NCBI GenBank assembly: GCA_038496445.1
Contig: JALMLS010000564.1
Span: 248,001 to 312,000, forward strand
DNA: 64,000 bases
Direction of reading: 5' to 3'
DNA from: Trichosphaerium sp. ATCC 40318
Taxonomy: Eukaryota > Protista > Tubulinea
The notes beneath the pieces are model-generated. The model searched no databases, was not told the origin of the DNA, and saw only the letters and a list, made by a program, of their open reading frames with translations. The stretch's first letter is position 1. Each line of letters starts with the position of its first letter. The translations under genes and the position numbers were made by a program. Positions 26,561 to 39,144 of this stretch are shown here, piece by piece.

Positions 26561-27999
26561 CGCATTATATCACTCATTCAACAAAGCGGTACTTATGGCT
26601 TTTATATCGTGATGTTTCGAGATAGGACGTTTACGTTTTTGCTTTAGGACCGGATGGTATGCCGAAAATAGTTAGTTACAAAGATTACAAACAGTGTCAC
26701 AAAAGGGATATTAAACTCAGTTAACGTAGATTCAAAACAAACATTTGTCGTGATTATTACACTGCTTTTTTTAGATAGAGTCAAGCACATGCGTGTAGAT
26801 GGTTTGAAATCTGGTACAACTCAGTGTACTTTTTTTCGAGATGTATTTGTTTTCCGAACTTGTTTAATCACGTTTTAGGCTCGATTTAGTAGGTGTCTTT
26901 TTGTTTCACGAAGTGACACGCGGGGTTATTTTAAGACGAAGCTTTTTCACAGTAGACATAGATGTACTACAAAGTATGCACTGTAGTGGATTTTATGACA
27001 TTTTGTGAGGTCGGGTTCTTGTCCCGAGCAAAATGACGGAAATCCCGACCGAAATTGAACGGGGCTCTGTACTCACTTGCATTCACTTCCCTACACTAGT
27101 GTTTTATGAACAAAAAGTGGCAACACAAATAATCCACTAGTGGGTTTTCGTGTATTGTAGAAAATGTGTCATCAGCCAAACGGTAGTACCTACTAAAGCG
27201 CGTAATATATGACAATGATAGCCGAATTAAGTAGAATAAAGCTGTATTCCACAATCTCACTTTTTGACTCATTTTTCTTTATGCAATACCTACACTTGTA
27301 ATGATCAGTTTGTAGCAAATACTTATCTCCAGCGACAAAAACAGAACCTTGTGGTACAACAACAAAGCGTATTTAGCTTTGAAATAGCAGAAAAAGTAAG
27401 CTGCTTTTTCAAATTGAAAAAAAAGAAAAACAACTGTGCCATACACATTTTCTACTAGGTATTTTACTACTTCTACGCTACCTCCAAGGCAAGCCCATTG
27501 CAGTGGTGTACCACCGAAACCAATAAATTGCTTTTATTTCAAAATGGGTTGAGTACAAGTAGTTAGTTATAAGCGTCTCATCTTGTAGTTAGACGTCTGG
27601 ACTTTATTTTGATACGAATTTTGAGAAGATCTGCCAAAATTATGTTCAAGCTTTAAAACTGCGCTAATGCTAAATGCTCTACCGCTCCCACAGCCGGAAG
27701 AACATACATAGGCTTAGTGAGGGCTTGAATAACTACTGTTCAGACACTACGATAACCCACAAATTCAAGGTAAAAGGAAGCAGAATCTGAGAATAGCAAG
27801 TAACTTATGAGTGATTTAAAAATTACTATGAAACTGCTAGGTTATGATCGGACAGTGGTAACCAACAATACTGTAGTGTACCACCACTTCAATACGCGGC
27901 GGTAGCGCCCTTTTGGTCAAGAGCAGCTAGTGCATACAACATTCTCAGATAAATCTTGGAATTGACTTGTTTTTAACGTCTTTATTTTATCTGAACACA

Positions 28000-28802
28000 A
28001 TGTCTAACGTTACACATCACCCTGTAATTGAGGGTTTATTATACATGCGCGATTTTATAACTTCTACAGAAGAAAACACAATCCTAAAGAAGCTTGAAGA
28101 CATGGGATGGAGCGAAGAGCTGGAAAATGATCGCAGAGTACAACATTTTGGGTACAGATACGATTATCCTGTACGTTTGCGCGTTGTCAGTTAAAACAAA
28201 CTCAAACATGACCAATCGTAGTCTGAGTGCGTCGAAGCATTCACTGATGAACGTGCCACATTCCCTCCTTGCTTACAGAGTATTTTGGACAAAATTAAAA
28301 CATTAAACCTAATCAATAGACCAGACTACGTGTATGTAATGTATTGTAGCGTAAATGACACTTTTTAGGTTTAATCAGTCTATTTGTAATGATTACGGCC
28401 CAAGACATGGTATACGTTTCCATATGGACCGCATACATTGCTTCGGAAGTGTCATTCCATGTGTGTCACTTGTGGGCGACGGCGTGATAAACTTTCGAAA
28501 TAAAAAGACACAAGAGGTTATTCCTGTCACTGTGCATGCTAGATCGCTTTACATAATGACAGGTAAGTCAAGGTATGATTGGCAGCACGGCATAGAATAC
28601 GGTAAAGACGGTATGAGAAAATCTTGTAATACGCTATTTTTATCCGACTTCATTGATGTAATAATTAGATTCGAGACCTAGACGCGTATCAGTTACATTC
28701 AGAAAGATTACAAGCACGAAACCTCCTTCAAAAAAAAGAAAGGAAAAACGAGAAAAGAGGTGGGCTGAATTACAGGAGAATGAAGCGACAACCACGCAGT
28801 AA
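28000..28802 (+). CDS. AlkB-family 2OG-Fe(II) dioxygenase
   Basis: DFITSTEE, RRVQHFGYRYDY, NDYGPRHGIRFHMD (HxD), SLYIMTGKSRYDWQHGI (distal His), RRVSVTFRK. Confidence 0.92.
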
Positions 28803-29029
28803 CCAATAAAAATAGTGTCTATAACAAAAAAGGTTCGTTTATTGTGTAGGTTATGAGAAAAACAACATACTGTCGGAAAACTAAAAAAAGTCAACGTGCG
28901 TAATATCTTAGTTAAGAAAGTACGAAAAACCGTTTTAAATAGAACGGTATCACATCTTTTATGCGAAAAGTTGTAAGGTACATGAACGATAAGTCTTTTC
29001 ATTGTAGTATTAACAACGTTTATAGCAGC

Positions 29030-30886
29030 ATGATCAATTTACACCGCTTTACTTCTTTCCTTTCGTTATTCCTTGTATTTTGCAACTACAGTGCGTGGAA
29101 ATACGTTTATTCATACTTTTAAACCATAAACAGCAAGTGTTTATCTCACATTTCAATAGCAATTGCACAGGTTAATATAGACACAACACAGTTCTTTGAT
29201 GTCAACAAGGCTGACGCTTACTTTCAAAATGATTTCATGAGGTATCAACAAGAAGAATAGACTTTTCCAACAAACACCTCTAACATTCTTTGTAGAATCA
29301 GTGCCTACAGCCAGAGTCCTCTTGTATACTCGGCAGAACCTTTATACAGAAATGGTAGCATATACGATGACGTGAGGTTATTCTTTTACTTTAGACATAT
29401 CGAAGAACGAAATGAAGCAGTAAGTGACGCTTCGTAGACTCAGGCTATTCTTTTGTAAAAATAGAATTTTCCCTTTAGGGATAATTAGTCACGCAATTAG
29501 TTCACTTTGAGCTTATTTTTTGTTTAGGGAGAGATTGTTGCTAGTTTTAACTATACCTCTCCTATGACCTATTCTTATGCTGAAGATATGTACCAAGGTG
29601 CAAGAAGGCACAGATTTATTACTAAAACAAAAGTCAATTCTGCAGATATTACAATTTATACTGCGTACTATGATTCGTACGTTTGACCAGTTTTTATTTG
29701 TTTTATGTTGTCTTATGTTTTTTTTTTGGTTAGAGAAATTGAATTCTCTTTTGACTTTGAGAATAAGAATGATTCTATTAAACTACCGCATGAGTACGTT
29801 GTAATCTTCTGACACTAGGGAAAATATCTTGTGTTTTCGATTTGTATCTTAGTAACCGTATTTATAAATAGCAAGCGTTCAATGAAACTTACTGTGGCTT
29901 CAAATGGGTGGCCATTCAAAAACCCCAAAAATCGACTCTCTTGTGCGTCTTGTTTGATACTCAAATGCATCTAACTTTACGCCGTAGTCGCATCTGGGTA
30001 TGCAGTTACTATATCAGACAGACTGGACCCAACTGAGCTTGAAGTAGCGACTGAGAATTTCGAGGTATTTGCCTTTTCTTTTTGCATGGTGTATTCTCAC
30101 TATTTTGATTAGTACTCAGTGCATTGGAAATCTATTTATCCTGGGGAGTTTCTAATAGAAGCTGACTTTGTAAACTTCGCTGCTATAAACGGAACACATT
30201 TCTCTCCAGTAACTGATCTAGTATTATCTAAAGGGTTGACATACTGTAACATGACTGGTTATGAAACACTTTGCCATGTAACGCATAATCGGTTTGATAT
30301 TTTGACACATGGAGAGTGCGTACCTGAAGAATTGAAGAGTTCTTAGTAAATTTACTATTGCATACTTTTTTTCAAACAAAAGAGCCGTCATTATCAACAG
30401 TTGTTCTTATAGATTTGTAGCGTTGTGTACGACCCAGATTTAATAATCGTACTTGATAAGAATATATACGGACAGAAGAAAAATGGTACAGCTGATGAGA
30501 GGGCAGCTTATCAGCGCTCAATGACTATAACTTATGCAAGCATTGGGATTTTATGTGCTGTAAGTTTTACTTTTTTTTTCTGTATTTGAACAGCTTCTAA
30601 CTTTTTTTGAAGGTATCAGTTGTAGTTGTAATTATTTGCGTATACTATTGGATGTTTATGAGGCATACTGGTAATAGTAAAGTACCTACCCTTGGCGCTG
30701 GCATGGTACCTCCCAAAAAGAAACACAAGGTAGTGGACGCTTGACGTTTTTATTGCAGTATCTAATGCCGTTTTCTTTTAGACAAAATTTCGTATTACTC
30801 CTCGTCAAATGTTCCGTCCTGATGATGCCACGTTGCTTAAAGCACCCCCTCGAGCAGCAAAGAATAAATCCATAGAAGACTCTTGA
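29030..30886 (+). CDS. Type I membrane protein with a ComC-like beta-supersandwich ectodomain
   Basis: Signal peptide, MKLTVASNGWPFKNPKNRL, and VVYDPDL followed by a TM helix (IGILCAVSVVVIICVYYWMF) and a basic tail. The pattern resembles amoebozoan ComC-type proteins. Confidence 0.55.
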
Positions 30887-31107
30887 TCGACAGCTTCTTT
30901 TCCAAATTGTTGTAAAATAAAAAAAAAAATCGTATCTTTTCGCTTTGTTGAAAGAAATTATTGGGATTTACCATCGGATTTCCGGAACTAGTCAAAATCT
31001 TAACTAATCAATCGCCGTGGAGTATAGGTATAATAAGAGGGTGAGAACGAAAAGTCCGGAATTTAGTCAAGTATTGTCTTGCTCATATTCAACTTCAGAG
31101 GTCAATA

Positions 31108-33309
31108 ATGCATCTGCTCCTATTGGCGTTCTGTGCTTTTGCCTTGTGCCTAGCCGCACCTGTGCCACCACCAACAGCTACTTATTACTACACTCAAACT
31201 TTGGATCATTTCAATTTCCTTACTGAGCCTCAAACGTTTCAACAACGCGTACTTGTTTACGATGCTGATTGGGATAAAGCTAACAACGGCAAGAACCTTC
31301 GATCGCTGTTTGACAACTGACACGCTCTATAGGCCCTGTTTTCTTCTACGCGGGTAATGAAGGCGATATTAGGAACTTTTACGACAATACTGGCTTCAGT
31401 ACGTATTTAACTTCCAATTATGCTCTAACAAGCGCAATAGTGTTCGATATTGCCCCAGAATTCGGTGCTTTGATTATCTTTGCCGAACATAGGTTTTATG
31501 GTAAGCTAACTTTTCTCACGAATACTCCGAAGCAAAAAACCTACTAACGAGCGATTTATAGGCCATACACAACCTTTTGGCAATAAATCCCACAGTGTAC
31601 CACAAATCGGCCTATTAAGCATCGAGCAGGCGCTTGCAGATTACGCTGAAATTATTCCAGCATACAAAAAACTGTTAGGAGCTGAAAACTCGAAAGTCAT
31701 CTCTTTTGGTGGTTCTTACGGTGGAATGTACGTAAAAGCGAACCTGCAAACTTATTAACTCCCACCGCTAGGTTAGCAGCCTACTTGCGCTTCAAATTCC
31801 CTCACATTGTTGACGGCGCACTTGCTGCTTCTGCACCAATCCGTTTGTTCTCAGGATACACAATGGCACCAGGATTTTACGAGACAGGTACAACTCAAAC
31901 GTTTTTTTGGACTGAAATTTCATGTTCATTTGTTGTTGGATTTATCTGTTTTATTTTTTTTTGGGTTTTAACCTGTCTTTATAGTATCAACTGTATTCGC
32001 AAGACGTAATCCAGAATGTACCGACAACGTTAAAGAAGGTTTCGCTGAATTTCTCAAACTTGCAGCTCAAGGACCAGCTGGTAAAGTTCTTTTTGGAAAA
32101 ATATCATCGTGTTAATTGTTTTTTTTCCTGTTTAGGCTGGAAGACATTGACTGATACACTCCGCGTTTGCCGTCCAATTACATCACAACATGATGTAGCA
32201 CACGTGCTAGCATGGCTAGTCAACTCCTATGCTAACATGGCTATGGCAAATTACCCGTAAGTTTATTGTAGTATTTAAGTATCGACTCAAACTCGGCATA
32301 GATACCCAGCTAACTTCCTTGGAAACTTGCCAGCATGGCCTTTGGACTATTCTTGTACTTTAACAAAGGGTAAAGCACCTCTTGAGGGTCTACGTGACTC
32401 TGCCGGTTTGTTTTGTACGTAGCCTGAAAATGTTATTTTTTCGATTTTCGTAATTTGACAATCCGTTGACCCTTTCATCAAGATAACGGTACAAATGGTG
32501 CTCTTAAATGTTACGATACTATCTCTGAATATATTGAATGCTCTGATCAAACTGGGTACGACAAATTGGTTTTTTTTTTGTTCAACAGCCAGAAGACTGA
32601 TAAAACTTAAAATAGATGTGGTGAGGGCCCTGATGGACACTCTTGGGATTACCAAGCATGTACCGAAATCATTGCACTTATTAGCACAAACAATGTTACT
32701 GATATGTTCCCTCCACATGACTGGACACTTGCTGACCTCCAAGCCCACTGTAAAACCAAGTAAGTGACAACTTTATGTTCCTTTTTTGGATGTAAATTAA
32801 CGAATATCTTTTAGCTGGGGTGTAGCTCCTAGACCAGGTTGGATGGGTACTAACTTTGGTGGACCAATGTTTAAAGGTGGTAGTAACATCATTTTCTCTA
32901 ATGGTCTTCTTGACCCTTGGCATGGAGGTACGTTTAACTTTTTTTGTAGATTTGAACTTCCATTTCGAAAATGAATTATTTTCGTTCGAACTTACATGCT
33001 TATTTCCTTTCCAGGTGGTTTCTTGAAACAACTATCACCAACTATGCCAGCTGTACTTATTAAGGATGGCGCTCACCACTTGGATTTGAGGTACGCGTGT
33101 GATACATACATGAACTCAATTTTTTCTGGTTTTTTCAAATAACAAAACCGATTGCTAATTAATTTGTTTTTAGATCAAGCAATCCTTTGGATCCACAATC
33201 TGTTATTACCGCAAGAAACACTGAAAAGCAATGGATTAAGAAATTTTTAGAAGAAAAGGCTCCAGATATGTTCGAAGGCACTGATCAAACAACAATTTAC
33301 ACTAATTAA
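31108..33309 (+). CDS. PRCP: Lysosomal Pro-X carboxypeptidase / DPP-II (peptidase S28)
   Basis: Signal peptide, [40 protein letters not shown] (catalytic Ser), [20 protein letters not shown]. Confidence 0.93.
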
Positions 33310-33598
33310 AAACAAAGACTTTCTTCAAAACTTGAAAAAAACGAATAATAAACGTTAAATTTTTTCAATTAATGTCATCTGTTTACAAACAATACTTTCG
33401 CAATTTGTGCAAATAAAACCATCCATTACGTTTTATGGGTTTATACGTCCAAGAAGAATTGTCTTGTGTTTGGGTGACTTAGCGCACTTCGTATCACAGG
33501 AACTTAGCGGTTCGTGTCATAGGAACTTGCGGTTGCTAGTTCCTAATGAATACAGTTCCTACATTCATTATTCTCAAGCATACAACAAAGCAAGTCAA

Positions 33599-34162
33599 AT
33601 GGCAGAACGTTTACCAACCGGATGGGAACCTATTTACAACAAATCTAAAGAGAAAATAGGATACAAAGATGCAAACAACGTTTTCCAAACAGAGCTGCCA
33701 AAAACCACATCGTCTGAATCGAGTACAGGATTTTTTGTTCCTGTAGGATCAATAATAGCATACCATAGCGCATTAATGGGCTCAAACGCGCCTCTACCTT
33801 GTAATTACGCTGCTTGTGACGGTCAGGTCGTTACAGATCCTCAAAGTCCACTGTGTGGCAAAACGCTACCAAATCTAAACGGCGAACGTGGTCACTTCCT
33901 TAGAGGAGGTAAAATGAGCGGTGTATTTCAAGAGGATGCATTTCAGGGACATGGTCACCTGTTTGTATCAAGAGGTGATTCTGCACCTTCTCCAGGAGGC
34001 CATAAAACTGACGCTGCTAATCACAGTGGAACATCAGGGGAGTATAGATCAACTGGGAAGGTTCGAAATGCAATAAAGTTTGACAATTGCGGAGATCCTA
34101 GGGTAGCCGAAGAAACGAGACCAATGAACATGAGTGTAACATGGATAATAAGGATAAAATAA
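33599..34162 (+). CDS. Intronless protein: degenerate WW-like N-terminus fused to a phage tail-collar domain
   Basis: LPTGWEPIYNKSKEKIGY...QTELP (WW-like), then VPVGSIIAY...CDGQ...LPNLNG...FLRGG...QEDAFQGHGH...ETRPMNMSVTWIIRIK (tail-collar/short-tail-fibre signature). 187 aa from the ATG at 33599. Confidence 0.85.
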   Translation: MAERLPTGWEPIYNKSKEKIGYKDANNVFQTELPKTTSSESSTGFFVPVGSIIAYHSALMGSNAPLPCNYAACDGQVVTDPQSPLCGKTLPNLNGERGHFLRGGKMSGVFQEDAFQGHGHLFVSRGDSAPSPGGHKTDAANHSGTSGEYRSTGKVRNAIKFDNCGDPRVAEETRPMNMSVTWIIRIK

Positions 34163-34337
34163 ACGCTACACAAATTGTTAGTTCTCGAATATCTTTGCAT
34201 TCTTGTATATACTAGGTTAGAGCGCACAGCTAACGCCATCTGGCAAAGGAAAGTTCATAAAGCACCATAAGGCCACTAATTAGCGGACAAACTATGACCA
34301 TAACTCCTTTTTTGTTAATTATTGAGTAAAACACCAC

Positions 34338-37300
34338 ATGAGGGCTGTAATTTCTTTTCTCGTTGTGCTAAGCGTAGCATACGCGGTACGTTTGTGGAAT
34401 GGAGTAATTCAGCCATATTTTGGTCTCTAATGTCTTGTAAGGCTTCCACTTGCGGTCGTAAAACGTTGAAGGACCTTTCTCCAGTTTCTTCATTTTCTGG
34501 TACGTAAAACTGATCCTAACAACATCCAATCGCTTATTATTCAATTCAGGCACCGTGACGAACGCCACAGACTTCTCCCAAGTCTATTTATTAGATTTCC
34601 CTTCTGTATTTCCTTGGGAAGCTTCAAGACGTCTGTTGGTTTGCGAGGTGTCTGAGCAAGTCAGAGTATCACCGTGGAAAGCTTGTGAAGTAGATTTCAG
34701 TATTTGTGATTCATTTGTTATTGTAAGTACTCTACGAATATCTTGTTGGAAGTTGACCTATTCAAGGGTACAATACTAGACGGTGGAAAGCATACAATCG
34801 TTTTTAGACAAGATGCCGTTTTAGGACAAACAGCTGTTTTCTTCTCCTTTGTTTCTGAATCATCAACGTTCAATTGCAGTGTAGCATGTACGTCGTAATA
34901 TTGCTTTAAGATAGATTGTCATCTGATTTACCTTTCAAAATAGCTGAAGCACCAGCACTTGCTCTTGGTTCTGGAACCATAGAGGACTTCCAACTGGAAG
35001 GAAGAGTGGCTGATATTGCAGGATGGGGTGAAATTAGCACCACACAGCGTTCGGTATGTTAAATAACGGAAAAATTGTACGATTACTGATAGAGCGGTTT
35101 TAGATAAGAAATGTCGTTGTACCTCCAGGCGCTATGTGTTCTAATGCACCAATTGTCGATGATTTCACTTCAACGAGTGCTATTATTACACCGTGTTCCG
35201 CAGGTAGATACATTACCACGTTTTTCCCTGGAGCGTATTCATACAATGAAACAAGTACGTACACTTTTTCTAATTTTATTTTGTATTTGTTGTTTCTGTT
35301 TTGTACCTCGTTTAACAGTATTTTTATAGATCCAACAGTTGTTGCTTTGTCAAGTGTATGGAATTCAACAGCACGTGAACTTGATCTTACCTCATACTTA
35401 AACGTAAGCAGTACTTTATTAGTTAGTCTTTTTTTTTTGGGCTTAAAGGTATTTTTTTTAAAGCAATGGGTCGCTATTGATCTCGGAAGTGAGGAGTTCC
35501 CTGTTGGCCCAGAACAACTATCAAAAGCCATAGAAGCTTCTTTGGTAGATACTACATCATGTGAACCAAATGGAAAGAGGTATCTTGTTGTAAGAAACAG
35601 CAACGCGCCTCCACAAGGTACACTCAAATTGTTTTTGAAAGAACAATTCTTACACACTTTTGTAGGTGTCTATCAATTTGGAAATCATGATTTTTCGGTT
35701 TTTGTTGCTCCTAGTGTTCAAGCAGCTTCGCAAAGCAACATAGTGTACTTACAGGTCAACAAATCATCGCTACCAGTTGCAAGAGGATACAACGTTAGGT
35801 TTAACACAACACAAGGCAGCATAATATCTATTACAACTCACCGGTCAGATGGAACTACATTAGTACTAGCTTGTAATTTGAAGAAAGTCTGTGAACTTGA
35901 CATCGACGATTGCCTATTCGACACCACGGTACGTTACGAAAAAAGGTTTTCTTTCAGCAAAAAACCAGCAAACTTTTCTTCTTCTTCTTTTGTTGTATCA
36001 ATCTTGAACTCCTTTTCATTGATATTTTTCAATAGCTCGCTGTAATATTCACTGTTGCCATGCAACAAAGTGGTTTTAGTGATTTATCTGTTGGCGCTGA
36101 GATCACTGCATACCCAGATGTTGCACTAGTTCCAGTAACATCAGGTGTACCAATTAATTTTGGTCAACCTCAAGTTGGATTTATACGTACATGGACTCAC
36201 CTACAAATTGATGTACAAGATGCTGCTTTTGTGGATTTCTCAGTTACTTCATCTGCTGTAGATATAAGTATCTCTAGTATGACTTTTTTATTTGTCTTGT
36301 TGTTTGTTTGTACGTGCTAACAGTTTCTATTTTTAAAGACTTTCCACCTCTTGAAGAGATGGCTGACAACAAATGTCGGTGTTTTAGAGACATACTTGTC
36401 CCATTTTTGTACAGTCCACCACAAGAATGTACACAGTCTGCTTTTGATGATAGCAATCAAGTATATGTTCCATCTGGCAACGACAATCTTTTTGTGACAC
36501 TCTCGAATAGTAACAGTGTATGCACAGGAGATGGTTGTAACTTCACTGCAAGAGGTACAAAAGAGCAAACATCATCAGAATTAACTTCCTATTAACACTG
36601 TTTAGTTGTTTTAAAGAGCGATGTGACATATTTTGGAACTAGCGGTACTTTCACAGCTCAACCTGATACCTGGTACGTTATAGTATGTATATTCTATTGG
36701 AACTAATAATTATACACAGGTATGGTATCCCAGACTCAATGGCAAGAGATTTTATACTTACAAGTGACGAAGAACCAGCAGAAAGCATGTAAGTTGCTTT
36801 AGTACTGTTTTTTTTGAACAACTTAAAGCTTGGATTTCTTTTCTAACTTGAGCATAGCTTTCTTGATCTCAGTGGTTTACTTTACTATACTCGTAATGTA
36901 TTTGCATGTCGCCAAAGGACTATATTGATCCGTACAGGCGTAAACGCTACAAATATCAGAGTTCGTCGCTTCTCAGAACGTACGAACTGTCATCTTGGAA
37001 AAAAAAAAACCAACCATCTACCTATTGTTGTTTTTCTGACTTTTTTCTTTGTTTAGTTCCAGACATTGCAATTGGTAAACGTGATTTTATGAAGTACAGT
37101 GTAGACCAAAACACCAAATTTCTTAAGATTGTGCGTCAACCCTAAGAAAAGGATTACCAAATACTTTTAATCTTCTGTTTTTTTCTTCTTTTGACGTTTT
37201 CTTTTCTAGGATTATGTCAGTGACTTTCAATCTACTTCATTCAGCTACTTTGGTACCTCACTAGCAGATTGCCCAGAATTCGTAGGCGGAAGTAATGTAG

Positions 37301-38618
37301 TAAGAAACACAGAGTTTGTACCAGTTTGTCAAAGAGCATCTCATATTGCTTTCTACCATTCCTCATTTTTGAATGGTGAGATCTTGAATGTTACAGAACT
37401 AAGTAAGTTACAACCTCTTGTTTCAATGGATACTTCGGATTTTGTATACTTGTATTGTGTATTTCTAACTGAATTGTAAATAGCTGATTCTGACTTTACC
37501 GAGATGACTGTTAATAATACCATTAACAGCACTGAGAGTATCTATTATAAGTATACGCCTACAGTATTGAGCAGATTTGTATCTTCTGGTATAGGAGGCT
37601 TTAGATATATTGATTCTACTTGTAGAATACTTACTAATGCGCAAGCCACTATAGGCGCAAAACCGTACGTTGCTAGTACTCGTACTAGAAAATTTGTGTT
37701 GAGGTTTTTTCTGCTTTTTGTCTTGTTTTCTAATTGTCATCTAGGTTACTCCCTGGTGTAACCTACTATTTTGTTATGGCCGAATCAGCATCAGTTAATG
37801 GTACTTTTGATTTCTTACCATATGAATCTACTGAGTGTGAACAACAATTTGTACGAAGAATCAAACTCTTTTTTTTTTCTAATCTCTATTTAGCTTGGAA
37901 TTTCTGCTTGTCCTTTACTTCCTTTTGGGCAAGTTGGTGTATCTGCAACAAATCAAGCAGTTTCATTCCCAAATAGTTGTGATAGTTCATTCTCATTAAC
38001 CAGTGACTGCACTGAATTAATGAAGGTAATAGAGTGAAAGTCTAAAAACAAAAACTGACATTCATACGTAGGAATTAACATGCACACCAAGTGGTGAGTT
38101 TGTTCCTACAATATCAGAGCGTATGTGTAGATCAACATGTGAAAGCATAAAAACGAAATGTGGTACCACATTCCCTGTCCTATGTGATAACAGAGTTCTA
38201 CTTAACTGCCGTACATTGCAAGGTACATATCAGCATATTGTTTTTCCTAAACGAAGATGTCTTAGTTTTTCTCTTTGTAACTATTGTTCTAACTATTCAA
38301 TTAGATAAATCTATAGTAGTGCCTACACCACCAATAGGACCAACTGCACCTTTTGCACCACCAACAAGTGCACCTACTGTACCTACTATGCCTACAGCAC
38401 CTGTACCACCAACAACAAGTGCACCTACAGCACCTATTATGCCTACAGCACCTGTAACACCAACAACAAGTGCGCCTACTATGCCTACAGCACCTGTAAC
38501 ACCAACAACAAGCGCACCAATCATACCTACTATGCCTGTAGCACCAACAAGCGGTGTATTGAAAGTTGCAATTAATTTTGCAGCTACAATATTATTACTA
38601 TCGGCTCTACTGATGTAA
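34338..38618 (+). CDS. Large predicted GPI-anchored surface glycoprotein, copy A (beta-rich ectodomain, Frizzled-CRD-like Cys domain, P/T stalk)
   Basis: Signal MRAVISFLVVLSVAYA; about 25 exons; DCTELMKELTC...MCRSTCESIKTKC...LC...NC; PTTSAPT stalk; hydrophobic C-terminus with no cytoplasmic tail. Confidence 0.8.
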
Positions 38619-38660
38619 TCACTAAAGCCAATAAATAAAATAGTATTTAAGATAGAGTTT

Positions 38661-39005
38661 ACTAGCTTCTTGTTTGGCTAAGTGGTACACAACCACCTGA
38701 GCTCTTTCTAAACTCTAGTTAGAACACACGTAATATACTTTTACTTTAAACCGTTGTGCCTTGCTGTTTGTTTAGCGAGATTTCCCAGATGATAATTTCG
38801 ATGTATTCAACATTTTTAGTCTGTAAATGCTGAGGAATGATTATGTTTTATTGAAATAGGTTAAAAGATTGTGCACATGTGATTTGTGATTTAACCTATT
38901 TTTTATCCAAACTACCAGGATTGTACAACGTATTTTGATGCAAGTGTTAAACATCGTTAAAGACCTTTCAGATACTTGCACGTCACAATATCCTACAATC
39001 AAGCG
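38661..39005 (-). pseudogene. 5' remnant of the H3-variant gene (promoter, exon 1, intron 1, start of exon 2)
   Basis: Aligns to about 44012-44360. The histone-fold part is deleted, and exon 1 has a deletion giving TCT CGC TAA. Confidence 0.85.
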
Positions 39006-39144
39006 AGGGTACCCATAAGAGTAAAAAATCACGTGCTTGCTACTAATCGGGAGCCTTTCGAAAAAGTAGATTAAAACTAAAATAAAATAGCGCTATTTCA
39101 GGTCAACTTACTCCTGTTTTGTTAATTATTGAGTAAAATACCAC

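Noticed and set aside
27264-27700. Short ORF with a splice-like GT...AG
   Set aside because: No ATG-initiated coherent model or recognisable domain.
33407-33598. N-terminal 64 aa of the 251-aa ORF-track call
   Set aside because: It starts at GTG. The first ATG (33599) has an A-rich context and starts at the WW-like module.
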